Of a stretch of DNA of 64,000 nucleotides, positions 37,046 to 50,072 are shown one piece after another (positions within the stretch are counted from its first letter, which is position 1; each line of letters opens with the position of its first letter). The stretch comes from Vulcanimicrobiota bacterium. GTDB taxonomy: Bacteria > Vulcanimicrobiota > Vulcanimicrobiia > Vulcanimicrobiales > Vulcanimicrobiaceae. The stretch spans positions 31,667-95,666 of the forward strand of contig CAWAXX010000008.1 in NCBI GenBank assembly GCA_963786105.1. The letters are read 5' to 3'. The notes under the pieces were generated by a model that saw nothing but the letters and a program-made list of their open reading frames with translations, was not told where the DNA came from and ran no database searches. The translations under genes and the position numbers were made by a program.

Positions 37046-37540
37046 ATGCACGCAGCTACTATCCGCAACGCGTTCGTCACGCTTGGGATCGCCGTCGCTC
37101 TGGCCGGTCCGGCCGGCGCGCGTCCGCACCCGACCCCGACGCCCGAGCCGACGCCGACGCCGGTTGCCGATCCGGCCGTGACGAAGGTTGCCCGGCAGCA
37201 GTTCGTCGCTTGGCAGGCCGGGAGCATTAACAAGGCGCTGTACGCGCCGGAATTACTGCCGAAGATGACCGACGCAAAAGTCAACGACGTCGCGCGCGCG
37301 TTAGCCGCGCTTGGACCGCTCAACGATACCGTCTTCGTCGGACCGTTCGCGGCCGCCGACATCCCGCCCAACGCGCACGGGTACATCTACCAAATGCGCT
37401 GCGAAAACGGCAGTATTTATCTGTGGCTCATCCTCGATTCGGGTGGAAAGATTGCGACGATCTTCTTCAAAGACAAGTTGGAGATAGAGACGATCGAGCG
37501 CCCCGGCACTCCCGCGCCCGCCTCGCCCCAGCCCTTCTAG
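37046..37540 (+). CDS. Hypothetical secreted protein
   Basis: Signal peptide and PT-rich linker. Confidence 0.65.
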   Translation: MHAATIRNAFVTLGIAVALAGPAGARPHPTPTPEPTPTPVADPAVTKVARQQFVAWQAGSINKALYAPELLPKMTDAKVNDVARALAALGPLNDTVFVGPFAAADIPPNAHGYIYQMRCENGSIYLWLILDSGGKIATIFFKDKLEIETIERPGTPAPASPQPF

Positions 37541-37616
37541 TCGTCGCGCCGGGAGCGCTCCGCAGTCCGGTACCTGGCGCTTGGCGGCCCAAGAGGTATA
37601 ATGGGCGGATACGGCC

Positions 37617-39779
37617 ATGACCATCCACGAGCTAATCGACCGCGTCCGCCAATACGACCCCTCGCTCGACGGGGCATGGCTGACGCGCGCCTACGAACTC
37701 GCCGATGCCGCCCACGAGGGCCAGCGACGAGCGTCGGGCGAGTCGTACATCGAGCATCCGCTCGCCGTCGCCGGCGTCCTCGCCGACCTCGAGATGGACC
37801 GCGAGACCATCGCGGCGGCGCTCTTGCACGACGTCGTCGAAGATACGTCGATTACCAGCGAGCAAGTAGCCGAGCAATTCGGCGAAGAGATCGCGCAGCT
37901 GGTCGACGGCGTCACCAAGCTGACGCGGATTCCGTACCAGTCCAAAGAAGACGCGCAAGTCGAAAACCTTCGCAAGATGTTCATGGCGATGGCCAAGGAC
38001 ATTCGCGTCATCATTATCAAGCTCGCGGATCGCCTCCATAACATGCGCACGCTGGCGAGCCTTCCGCCGGCCAAGCAGCACGCAATCGCGCGCGAAACGC
38101 TGGACATCTACGCGCCGATCGCGCATCGTCTCGGGATTTGGAAGATCAAGTGGGAAATCGAGGACAACTGTCTGCGCTACCTCGATCCCGAGCCGTACCG
38201 CGAAATCGTCGAGCTGGTCGCCAAGACCCGGCGCGAGCGCGAGGCCGACGTTCAGGAAGCGATCGTTCGGTTACGCAAAGACTTCAAGGAGATGAAGATC
38301 AACGCGGAAATCCACGGACGTCCCAAACATTTTTACTCCATCTACACGAAGATCAAATCGGGTCGCGACTTCTCGACGATCTACGATCTCACGGCGATTC
38401 GAATCATCGTCGACAGCGTCAAGGATTGCTACGGCGCGCTCGGAGCCGTGCACGCGCTCTGGACACCGCTGCCGGGCCGTTTCAAAGACTACATCGCGAT
38501 GCCGAAACCGAACATGTACCAGTCGTTACATACGACGGTCGTCGGCCCGACCGGAGAACCGCTCGAAATTCAGATTCGCACGTGGGAGATGCATCGTACC
38601 GGCGAGTACGGCATCGCGGCGCACTGGCGGTACAAAGAGGGCGGCAAGGCCGACCAGTTCGAGAACAAGCTGTCGTGGCTGCGGGCGCTGCTCGAGTGGC
38701 AGAAGGACATGCGCGACTCGCGCGTGTTCATGGAAAATCTCAAGCTCGACCTCTTCGATTCTCAAGTATTCGTCTTCTCGCCGCGCGGCGACGTCTACTC
38801 GATGCCCGCGGGCGGAACGCCGCTGGATTTCGCCTACTCGGTCCATACCGACGTCGGTAACCACTGTGTAGGGGCAAAAGTCAACGGCCGAATCGTTCCC
38901 CTCGATTCGCAACTTAACAACGGCGACATCTGCGAAATCCTCGTCAATAAAACGAGCGGTCACCCCTCCCTCGATTGGCTTTCAATCGTCAAAACGTCGA
39001 GCGCGAAGCACAAAATTAAGCAGTGGTTCCGGAAAGAACGCCGCGAAGAGAACGTCCTCGCCGGACAGGAGGCGCTCGAGCACGAGCTCGCGCGTGCGGG
39101 CGTTCGCGTCGACACGGCGCGCGGAGAGTTGATCGAGCGCATCGCCGCTAGGCTCAACTACGCGACCCCCGCCGATCTGTACGCCGCCATCGGCTTCGGC
39201 GATGCCTCGCCGCAGGCGGTGGCCAATCGGCTTCGCGACGAAGTTCGCAGCGACAACGTCGTCGACTTTACGAAGATCGGCCGCAAGCCGGCGTCGCGCA
39301 AGAGCGCCCGTAGATCGAGCGGCGTGCGCATCGCCGGCGTCGACGACGTGCTGGTGCGCCTGTCAAAGTGCTGCTCGCCGGTGCCGGGCGATCCCATCAT
39401 CGGGTACGTGACGATCGGACGGGGCGTGAGCGTCCACCGGGCAGACTGCCCGAACGTTGCCTACATGAACGCGACGCCGGAGCGGATCCTTCACGCTGCG
39501 TGGATCATCAACGCCGATCTCACGCACGCCGTCGAAATCGAAGTTGAGGCCGACGACCGGTCGCAGCTATTGCAAGACATTATGGGGGTTTTTGCCGAGG
39601 TGAAAACGCAGGTGAGTTCGGTTACCGCGCGCGTTCGGCGCGACGGGCTCGCGGTCGCCAGCCTTACCGTACAGATTCGCGATCTCGACCACCTGCACAA
39701 GATCATCACCAAGCTCGAATCGCTCAAGACCGTTCGCCGCGTCTACCGCGTCACCAAGCGCGAGCGCGTCGCACCGTAG
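37617..39779 (+). CDS. relA: Bifunctional (p)ppGpp synthetase/hydrolase Rel
   Basis: LLHDVVEDT, KLADRLHNMRT, RFKDYIA, YQSLHT, TGS, CC and ACT domains. Confidence 0.97.
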   Translation: MTIHELIDRVRQYDPSLDGAWLTRAYELADAAHEGQRRASGESYIEHPLAVAGVLADLEMDRETIAAALLHDVVEDTSITSEQVAEQFGEEIAQLVDGVTKLTRIPYQSKEDAQVENLRKMFMAMAKDIRVIIIKLADRLHNMRTLASLPPAKQHAIARETLDIYAPIAHRLGIWKIKWEIEDNCLRYLDPEPYREIVELVAKTRREREADVQEAIVRLRKDFKEMKINAEIHGRPKHFYSIYTKIKSGRDFSTIYDLTAIRIIVDSVKDCYGALGAVHALWTPLPGRFKDYIAMPKPNMYQSLHTTVVGPTGEPLEIQIRTWEMHRTGEYGIAAHWRYKEGGKADQFENKLSWLRALLEWQKDMRDSRVFMENLKLDLFDSQVFVFSPRGDVYSMPAGGTPLDFAYSVHTDVGNHCVGAKVNGRIVPLDSQLNNGDICEILVNKTSGHPSLDWLSIVKTSSAKHKIKQWFRKERREENVLAGQEALEHELARAGVRVDTARGELIERIAARLNYATPADLYAAIGFGDASPQAVANRLRDEVRSDNVVDFTKIGRKPASRKSARRSSGVRIAGVDDVLVRLSKCCSPVPGDPIIGYVTIGRGVSVHRADCPNVAYMNATPERILHAAWIINADLTHAVEIEVEADDRSQLLQDIMGVFAEVKTQVSSVTARVRRDGLAVASLTVQIRDLDHLHKIITKLESLKTVRRVYRVTKRERVAP

Positions 39780-39796
39780 GCTCCGACGGCTTCTCG

Positions 39797-40526
39797 TTGA
39801 CGATACCACACGCCGTACTTCCGAGTGCGGCGGCGTTCTTTGCTGGAGCCATGAACAGTGTCGCCGGCGGCGGAAGCTTTCTTTCGTTCCCCGCGTTGCT
39901 GTTTGCGGGCGTGCCGGCGATTTCGGCCAACGCGACCAATAATGCCGCCATGTGGGTCGGCACCATTGGGAGCGCACGCGGTTACAAGGAAGAAGTGGCG
40001 GCGCATCGCGCGCTGCTGTTGCCGCTGATCGCCGTCAGCATCGCCGGCTCGCTGATCGGCGCCGTTTCGCTGCTCTTTACGCCGCCAACGTTATTCGAGC
40101 GGCTGGTGCCGTGGCTGTTGCTGTTCGCAACCGTCGTCTTTGTCGCCAGCCCGCGGTTGACGCGCCGATCCGGCGCGGTGCCGCGCCACGCACCTTGGCA
40201 GCTCGCCGTCCAGTTTCTCGTTGCGATCTACGGCGGCTACTTTGGCGCGGGCATGGGCATCTTAATGCTTGCGGTTCTGGCTTTTTCCGGGCTGTCGAAC
40301 CTCAACGCGCAGAACGCGGTCAAGAACGTGCTGTCCGTGTCGATCAACGGCATCGCGCTGGTGCCTTTCGTCATCGCGCGCGTGGTGGATTGGCGCTTTG
40401 CGATTCCCATGGCGGCCATCGCGCTGCTCGGCGGCTATTTCGGCGCGCGTTTCTTTCGCCGCGTTCCGCAACCGCTGTCGCGGTCGATCGTCATCGCGAT
40501 CGGTGCGACGATGACGATCGCATTAT

Positions 40527-40543
<17 letters not shown>
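39797..40543 (+). CDS. TauE/SafE-family sulfite exporter
   Basis: AGAMNSVAGGGSFLSFP, ANATN, YGGYFGAGMG. Confidence 0.9.
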
Positions 40544-43967
<3,424 letters not shown>

Positions 43968-44111
43968 GGTTACCTTGAATTTCCCCCGATTGGGGAGTCT
44001 CTACCGGGTGGCGGCGCCGGTAGGCGTCGCTCCCTTGACCAGGCTAGCGCCGGCGCCTTCGAACTCCCTGGGGAACGCCTGGTGGCCTTCGCGAACGCCG
44101 CGCCAGGGTCA

Positions 44112-44141
44112 TTGCTGACTTCGCGAAACGTGTGATAGGAT
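44112..44141 (+). promoter_or_regulatory. Putative sigma70-type promoter of rpsF-ssb
   Basis: TTGCTG-N18-TAGGAT with TG upstream of the -10. Confidence 0.45.
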
Positions 44142-44169
44142 GCGGGGGTTCTCGGCCGCTCAAGCGCCG

Positions 44170-44238
44170 GGACCTACCCGCTGCCCGCCGCGTGAGGCGG
44201 GCCGCTCGCTTCCGCGAGCGTCCGTAGATGGGGAAACG
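44170..44238 (+). ncRNA. Probable S6:S18 ribosomal leader
   Basis: GCCCGCC/GGCGGGC hairpin followed by CCG, extra hairpin CGCTCGC/GCGAGCG, CTAC/GTAG closing near the RBS, directly before rpsF. Confidence 0.6.
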
Positions 44239-44589
44239 ATGACCGATTACGAGGTGACCTATATCCTGCGTCCCTCCCTCGAGGAGAACGAGGTCGAGGA
44301 ACGAGCAAACGCGATCGCCGAGATCGTCAAGCATCAACGCGGCGAGATCGTCAGCATCGAGAAGCTCGGTAAGAAACGGCTCGCCTACGAGATCGACGAC
44401 GTGCGCGAAGGGAATTACGTAGTCATGCAGTTCAAGAGCGACGGAGCCGGTTCGAAGGAGCTGGAACGCTTGCTGAAACTACACGAAGACGTGCTGCGCG
44501 CGCTGGTCGTGAGACTCGACGCCAAGATGATCGCTCACATGGCGGCCGTGGCGGCTGCCATGCCGCCCGCACCGCCGCCGGTCTACTGA
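44239..44589 (+). CDS. rpsF: 30S ribosomal protein S6
   Basis: YEVTYILRPSL, GKKRLAYEI, EGNYVVM, EDVLRALVV. Confidence 0.96.
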   Translation: MTDYEVTYILRPSLEENEVEERANAIAEIVKHQRGEIVSIEKLGKKRLAYEIDDVREGNYVVMQFKSDGAGSKELERLLKLHEDVLRALVVRLDAKMIAHMAAVAAAMPPAPPPVY

Positions 44590-44635
44590 CCCCTCGCATC
44601 CGCAAGTATTTCACAAAAGCGAAAGAGAGTAAGCG

Positions 44636-45097
44636 ATGGCAGGTTCGTACAACCGCGTCATCCTGGTCGGCAACCTAACGCGCGACCCGGAGATTCGTTA
44701 CACGCAGTCCGGCAAGGGGGTCACGAAGTTCACCCTCGCGGTCAACAACCCGCGCAACCGTGAAGAGACGACCTTCGTGGACATCGTCGCATGGGATCGC
44801 CTCGGCGAAACCTGCAACACGTACTTGAAGAAAGGCATGAATGCCCTCGTCGAAGGGCGCCTGGTGATCCGGTCTTACGACGATAAAGACGGCAACAAGC
44901 GCAAAGCCACCGAGGTCGTCATCGACAACATGCAGATGCTCGGCTCGCGTCGCGACGCCGCCGGCAGCGCTGGGGAGGAAGGCGGCGACACGGGCGGAGG
45001 CTACAACGGCGGGAGCCGCTCGGCCGCGGCCGCTCCGACGGCAGCGTCAGGCGGCGACGCCTTCGGCGACGAGCTCGACGACGAAATACCGTTTTAG
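44636..45097 (+). CDS. ssb: Single-stranded DNA-binding protein
   Basis: NRVILVGNLTRDPEIRYT; C-terminal DDEIPF. Confidence 0.98.
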   Translation: MAGSYNRVILVGNLTRDPEIRYTQSGKGVTKFTLAVNNPRNREETTFVDIVAWDRLGETCNTYLKKGMNALVEGRLVIRSYDDKDGNKRKATEVVIDNMQMLGSRRDAAGSAGEEGGDTGGGYNGGSRSAAAAPTAASGGDAFGDELDDEIPF

Positions 45098-45114
45098 CGC
45101 TTAGCGACCGCGCT

Positions 45115-47187
45115 TCATTGCGGCGTCGGCTCCGGAGCAATCACAAACTGCTTGTAGAAGGCGTCGGTGCTCATCGGCCGCCCCAAGAAGTTACGAACCT
45201 CGACGTCGGGTTCGTACGTGCGTGCCGGCTCTAAAATCGTCTCGCGGTACCGTTGCCCGACCGCGGGGTTTTCCAAGCCGCCGTCCTTGAATGCCGTGAA
45301 CATATCTTGCGCGTAGACGAGCGCCCACAAATAGCTGTAGTAACCGGCGTCGTAGCCGAATAGGTGTCCGAACGATGCCTGCGGGTGCGTTCCGGGAACC
45401 ATCGCAAGCGGCGTGTATTCGGAGGAAACCTGAGCCCACACGGCCGTCGTATCGACGTGCGGACCGGTCGAGTGATAGGCCATGTCGACCATTCCCAGCT
45501 TGATTTGGCCGATCGTGAAATACGCCTGGTCGACGTAGCGTGCCGCGATCATTTTTGCGATCAGGTCGTCGGGTAGTGGCGCGCCGGTGGTAACGTTGGA
45601 ACTGACTTCCGAGAGAATAGCCGGCTCCCACATGAAGTTTTCGAGCATCTGCGAAGGCGCCTCGACGAAATCCTGACGGAATCCGGCACTCAGCGTTTCG
45701 TACGGAGCGGTCGCGAGGAGTGCCGCCAAGTTGTGCCCGAACTCGTGGAAAAACACGATAACGTCCTGATGCGAAAGCAACGCGGGGGCGCCGGGAGCCG
45801 GACGCGGCCAATTGCCTAGGATTGCCGTGACCGGCGGGCGATAGGTTCCATCGGCCAGACGGCGCGCCGGTATGAGCGACCAGTTCGCGAAGTGCGAGAA
45901 CTTGCCGGGCCGCGGAAACAAGTCGAAATACGTGGTGCCGATGAACCGACCGGTCTTCGTGTCGAACACGTTGTAGCTAATGACGTCGGGCGCCCACGCG
46001 TTTGGATCGGCCACTTTCACGAACGTCACGCCGAGTATCTTGTGGTACAGGTTCATAATGCGGTCGATGACGATGTCAACCGGAAAATACTGACGGATTT
46101 GCTCGTTGTCAACAGAGTACTTCGTTTTGACCAGTTGGTTGGAAAAGTACGTCACGTCCGACGGCTCGATGCGCGCGTTCGGAGCGCCCGTCTCCTGCGC
46201 CTTGAGCGCAGCCCAACTCGCGAGGTCGCGTTTGGCCTGCGGCATGAGTTGTGCGTCCAGAGAACGCTCGAACGAGAAAACGCGCGCTGGTGTTTCTGCC
46301 ATGCGATTTGCCAGCTGATAAGCGGCCCACGAATCGAATCCCAGGAGCCGAGCGAGGCGGTACCGCACGTCGATGGCCGTTTCGAGTACCGCGACGTTGG
46401 CTACGGCGCGGTTGTTGTACGCCACGAAATAGGCCTTTCGCGCCACCGCGTCGCGCTCGTTTTGCAAGAACGGCGTAACCGTGCTCTCGTTGACCTTAAC
46501 GGTATAGGTGCCGTCGGCGTTGTGCGTCAGCGCGTTTACGAATCCCGCGGGCAAGCTCGCGGCTTGGTCGGCTGTAATCGTCATCGTGGTCGCATCGTTG
46601 TTGAGCGTTTCTTGCCACTTGCTGGTCAGAGCGGTCAACTGGTCGGATAGGGCGATGAAGGTCTTGCGTTTGTCCTGCGAGAGCGCCGCGCCGGACCGGC
46701 GGGAGCTAACGAGATAATATTCGAGGAGTTTCTTATCGGCCGCCGTCGTTGCCGTCTGGCTGCTTTGAACCTCGACCAACGCGCGATAGACATCCGGCCG
46801 CGCTCCGAACACTGAGAAATAATTGCTCTGGGCGATATTGCAGCGATCCGATGCGTCACGTACCGGCTTGTCGACGGCCATATTGAAGAGGAACCCTTGT
46901 GCCACCAATCGGTCGTTCAAATCGGCCTCGGCGTCTTCCAGCGGAAGCAGCGTGTTCTGGAAAGTACGCGGGCCACTCAAGGCCATGATGCGCTTAACGG
47001 CTGCATCAAAGTTGGCGATTTGTGCGGTGCACGTCGAGGTGATCTGTTCGGGCGTGAGGTTCCAATCGATCTGCGTGGGCCGAGCGGTCTGAAGCGGCGC
47101 GGTCTCGGCGGGGGCGGCGCCGATCGCTAGTGGAGCCATCAGCGTTGCAAGTAGGGCGGAAACGATACGAACGGTCCTATCCATCAT
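45115..47187 (-). CDS. Secreted M3-family (thimet-like) oligopeptidase
   Basis: Signal peptide; DLFPRPGK, FFHEFGH, DFVEAPSQMLEN, GYDAGYYSYLWA. Confidence 0.93.
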   Translation of the reverse strand: MMDRTVRIVSALLATLMAPLAIGAAPAETAPLQTARPTQIDWNLTPEQITSTCTAQIANFDAAVKRIMALSGPRTFQNTLLPLEDAEADLNDRLVAQGFLFNMAVDKPVRDASDRCNIAQSNYFSVFGARPDVYRALVEVQSSQTATTAADKKLLEYYLVSSRRSGAALSQDKRKTFIALSDQLTALTSKWQETLNNDATTMTITADQAASLPAGFVNALTHNADGTYTVKVNESTVTPFLQNERDAVARKAYFVAYNNRAVANVAVLETAIDVRYRLARLLGFDSWAAYQLANRMAETPARVFSFERSLDAQLMPQAKRDLASWAALKAQETGAPNARIEPSDVTYFSNQLVKTKYSVDNEQIRQYFPVDIVIDRIMNLYHKILGVTFVKVADPNAWAPDVISYNVFDTKTGRFIGTTYFDLFPRPGKFSHFANWSLIPARRLADGTYRPPVTAILGNWPRPAPGAPALLSHQDVIVFFHEFGHNLAALLATAPYETLSAGFRQDFVEAPSQMLENFMWEPAILSEVSSNVTTGAPLPDDLIAKMIAARYVDQAYFTIGQIKLGMVDMAYHSTGPHVDTTAVWAQVSSEYTPLAMVPGTHPQASFGHLFGYDAGYYSYLWALVYAQDMFTAFKDGGLENPAVGQRYRETILEPARTYEPDVEVRNFLGRPMSTDAFYKQFVIAPEPTPQ

Positions 47188-47467
47188 ATAGCAACGTCTT
47201 TCGTGGCGCGGTGGCAAGATTCCCGACCACCATCATTCACCGCGCCGTGCCGAAGTTCAACCGGCGCGGAAACGGCATCCCCAACATTTGAGTTTTTTTT
47301 GAGGCTCTCTTGTCGTAAGTCCTCACGACGGGCTAGTCGGAGCAGGCTTTTTGGGCGGTCGGTCTGGACGGCAACGCGGTCGAAGATATCGCCGTCGCGA
47401 CCTTCGTGATGAAGGTCGTCCCGCAACTGGCCAAGATATGAAGCCGAGGTGCAGGCGTGGGATCAAG

Positions 47468-48034
47468 GTGACGCAGGCATTGGAAATTCAACACCCGAGC
47501 CATGAGTTAGTCCCGTCGTTTATCCGCATGCGCGATGCTCACATGGCCGCCGGCGAGAATGAATGGACCTACCGCGATGAGGAGATTGCCCAGGTGGAGC
47601 CTCCCGCCTACGTGGACCTGATGGGCGAACGCGCTCGAGGGCGGAATGTGGCCGAGGGCTTCGTCAGGGCCGACGAGTTCTGGATCGTTGAGGCGGGTGA
47701 AGTGGTCGGGTCGCTCGGTGTCAGGCACGAACTCAACGAAAGGCTCCGCTTAATTAGCGGCCACATCGGCTACTCGACGCACCCGGCGTATCGAAGCCGC
47801 AGTATTGCCACCTTCGCTCTAAAAAAACGCCTAGAAGTCCTCGCCGGTCTCGGAGTTGCCGAAGCCCTGGTTACGTGCTCTCCCGAAAATCTCGCGTCCA
47901 TAAGAGTCATCGAGAAGTGCGGCGGCCGCCGAATAACCGATACCGTATTTCCGGAACGCCCCGATCTTGCGCGCCGCCGGTACCTGCTGCCCACGAATGC
48001 AGAGCGTGAGGACCCCGCACTGAATGATGCCTAA
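47468..48034 (+). CDS. GNAT-family acetyltransferase
   Basis: VRHELNERL..GHIGYSTHP..VTCSPENLASIRVIEKCGG. Confidence 0.85.
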   Translation: MTQALEIQHPSHELVPSFIRMRDAHMAAGENEWTYRDEEIAQVEPPAYVDLMGERARGRNVAEGFVRADEFWIVEAGEVVGSLGVRHELNERLRLISGHIGYSTHPAYRSRSIATFALKKRLEVLAGLGVAEALVTCSPENLASIRVIEKCGGRRITDTVFPERPDLARRRYLLPTNAEREDPALNDA

Positions 48035-48369
48035 GATTCCGGGGACTTCCGTGGACCACAATTTGTGCGTCGATTCACAACGCAGATATGGAGGCCGCGT
48101 TCACAACTTCTTCCAAATTCGAGACTAGACTTGAGGCATCGACTGGGGGGAATGAATGATGTTATCCACCATAGAGAAGCCCGTCACGAGGGAGACGAAA
48201 GTCGCGACCGCCCTCAAGAATTACGGCGAGAATTTGCTGAGGACTCCGTCGGTCATCAAATACGATCGCATCGCCTTAGAAGGTCCAACCGAACTGGACG
48301 ATCTCGTCCTGGTACCTGACGTAACCTGGTAACACGCAGCGCGGTCCCGCAGGGCTTGCTTTTCCTCAA

Positions 48370-48408
48370 GCTCTGTGCTACAAAGATAAAGACTTTGTAG
48401 TGCAAAGT
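48370..48408 (+). promoter_or_regulatory. Tandem palindromic operator
   Basis: ACTTTG-N5-CAAAGT at 48392-48408 and degenerate gCTCTG-N5-CAAAGa at 48370-48386. Confidence 0.6.
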
Positions 48409-48418
48409 GAAGGGAACG

Positions 48419-49018
48419 ATGGACCTCCAGCGGGCGCTGTCCGATCTCGCCGAAGTTCGCGATCGGCTGGCCCACGTTCAGCGATTCGAGGGCTATTCCG
48501 GGCCGGCGGCGGTCATTAGCGGCGTAGGTGCCTTGATTGCCGGTTACGTGCAGTTTCAAGTCGCGCCGCTGCCGCAGACGCCTGAGGCGCTGCGCGCGTA
48601 CGTCGCCATCTGGATGACGTGTCTCGCGGTCGCGCTCGTATTGAACTATGGCACGGTCGCCGTGTGGGCGTTCAAGAACCGCGGCCCCGGCGCGCAAAGC
48701 CAGTTTCGCTCGGCGGCTCGCTCGATTGCGCCGAGCGTCTTGCTCGGAGGAGTCCTGACGCTCGCGCTCGTCGAGCACTCGGCTTTCGCGTTGCTTCCCG
48801 GCACGTGGTTCGCCCTCTACGCCCTCGGCCTGTTTGCGTCGCGCGGCGCGATTCCGGCGTCGGCGCTTCCGATAACGTTTGCGTTTGCCGGACTGGCCTT
48901 GCTCTTCTTGGTGACGCAGCTCGCCGCGTTTGCGCTCGCGTGGTGGGTGATGCCGCTCGGCTTCGGCCTCGGGCAGATCGCCATCGGGTATCTCATCTGG
49001 CAGGGACGCACGGCGTGA
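48419..49018 (+). CDS. Multi-pass membrane protein
   Basis: MDLQRALSDLAEVRDRL then about 6 TMs ending LGFGLGQIAIG. Confidence 0.75.
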   Translation: MDLQRALSDLAEVRDRLAHVQRFEGYSGPAAVISGVGALIAGYVQFQVAPLPQTPEALRAYVAIWMTCLAVALVLNYGTVAVWAFKNRGPGAQSQFRSAARSIAPSVLLGGVLTLALVEHSAFALLPGTWFALYALGLFASRGAIPASALPITFAFAGLALLFLVTQLAAFALAWWVMPLGFGLGQIAIGYLIWQGRTA

Positions 49019-49380
49019 CCAACGATCGCGAAGCGCCATTTTCATACCCCGGCTTAGAGCGCATCTTTCACGAGCGCGGACGGCTGGCCATTTGCACGTG
49101 CCTCATCGCGCATCCGGACGGGCTGAGTTTTAGCGAGCTGCAAACCGCGTGCGATCTCACCGACGGCAATCTCAATCGCCACGTTCACGCCCTAGCCGAT
49201 CTCGGAATCGTTACGACGGAAAAACAACGCGGTAGCGGGCGACCGTTGACGCTCTATCGCATCACCAAACGAGGCCGTCAGCGATTTCTCGCCTACGTCG
49301 ACGAACTCGAATCTGTCGTTCGCGACGTGCACGAACGGTCGCAGGTTGCGGTCTCGACGCGTAAGCTCGCGACGACGTGA
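49015..49380 (+). CDS. Winged-helix transcriptional regulator (HTH_34-like)
   Basis: LERIFHERGRLAICTCL..SFSELQTACDLTDGNLNRHV..GRQRFLAYVDEL; GTGA overlaps. Confidence 0.85.
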   Translation: MTNDREAPFSYPGLERIFHERGRLAICTCLIAHPDGLSFSELQTACDLTDGNLNRHVHALADLGIVTTEKQRGSGRPLTLYRITKRGRQRFLAYVDELESVVRDVHERSQVAVSTRKLATT

Positions 49381-50069
49381 CACCACGCCACGTCGCTATC
49401 ATCATGGATGGGAACCGGCGCTGGGCGACCGATCGCGGGTTGCCGATTGCGTGCGGTTACCAACGCGGCGTTACCGCGTTGCGGCGCATTCTGCGCGCCG
49501 CCCGCCGCGCGCAGATTCACGTAGTTACCGCCTACGCATTCTCCGAAGAAAACTGGAGCCGTCCGCCGGCCGAAGTCGATCTCCTGATGGAGTTGTGCGC
49601 GCGCGCCGCGCGCGGCGAGTTGCGCGCGCTCGCGAAGGAAGACGTCCGGGTGCGTCTCTGCGGGCGTAACGAGCGATTGCCTTCGCGCACGTTCTCGGCG
49701 CTCGAAGACCTCGTCGCCGAAACGGCCCATAACGACGGCATTACGCTCAACCTCGCGATCGATTACGGCGGTCGCCGCGAAATCGGCGATGCCGTACGCG
49801 CGCTGGTTCTCGAAGTGACCGGGGGCTTGCGCGACGCCGACTCGATCGACGAGCACGCGGTTCAAAGCCGCCTTTACACGGCGGGGCTCCCCGACCCCGA
49901 TCTGGTCATTCGCACGGGCGGAGAGTTGCGTCTTTCGAACTTTCTGTTGTTTCAGGCGGCTTACGCCGAGTTTTGGGCCACCCCGACGTACTGGCCCGAT
50001 TTTGACGAGGCGCATCTGCAAGCGGCTCTCGACGCCTTCGCTCTGCGACAGCGCCGTTACGGGACGTAG
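49377..50069 (+). CDS. uppS: cis-prenyltransferase (UppS family)
   Basis: HVAIIMDGNRRWA, YAFSEENWSRP, IRTGGELRLSNFLL, RRYG. Confidence 0.92.
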   Translation: MTPRHVAIIMDGNRRWATDRGLPIACGYQRGVTALRRILRAARRAQIHVVTAYAFSEENWSRPPAEVDLLMELCARAARGELRALAKEDVRVRLCGRNERLPSRTFSALEDLVAETAHNDGITLNLAIDYGGRREIGDAVRALVLEVTGGLRDADSIDEHAVQSRLYTAGLPDPDLVIRTGGELRLSNFLLFQAAYAEFWATPTYWPDFDEAHLQAALDAFALRQRRYGT

Positions 50070-50072
50070 CGC

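Noticed and set aside
47320..47430. Possible amidohydrolase C-terminal remnant (AVGLDGNAVEDIAVATFVMK)
   Set aside because: Too short and degenerate to support without an alignment
48040..48320. Lower-GC spacer with an 84-aa ORF
   Set aside because: No recognisable motif, RBS context or inverted repeats
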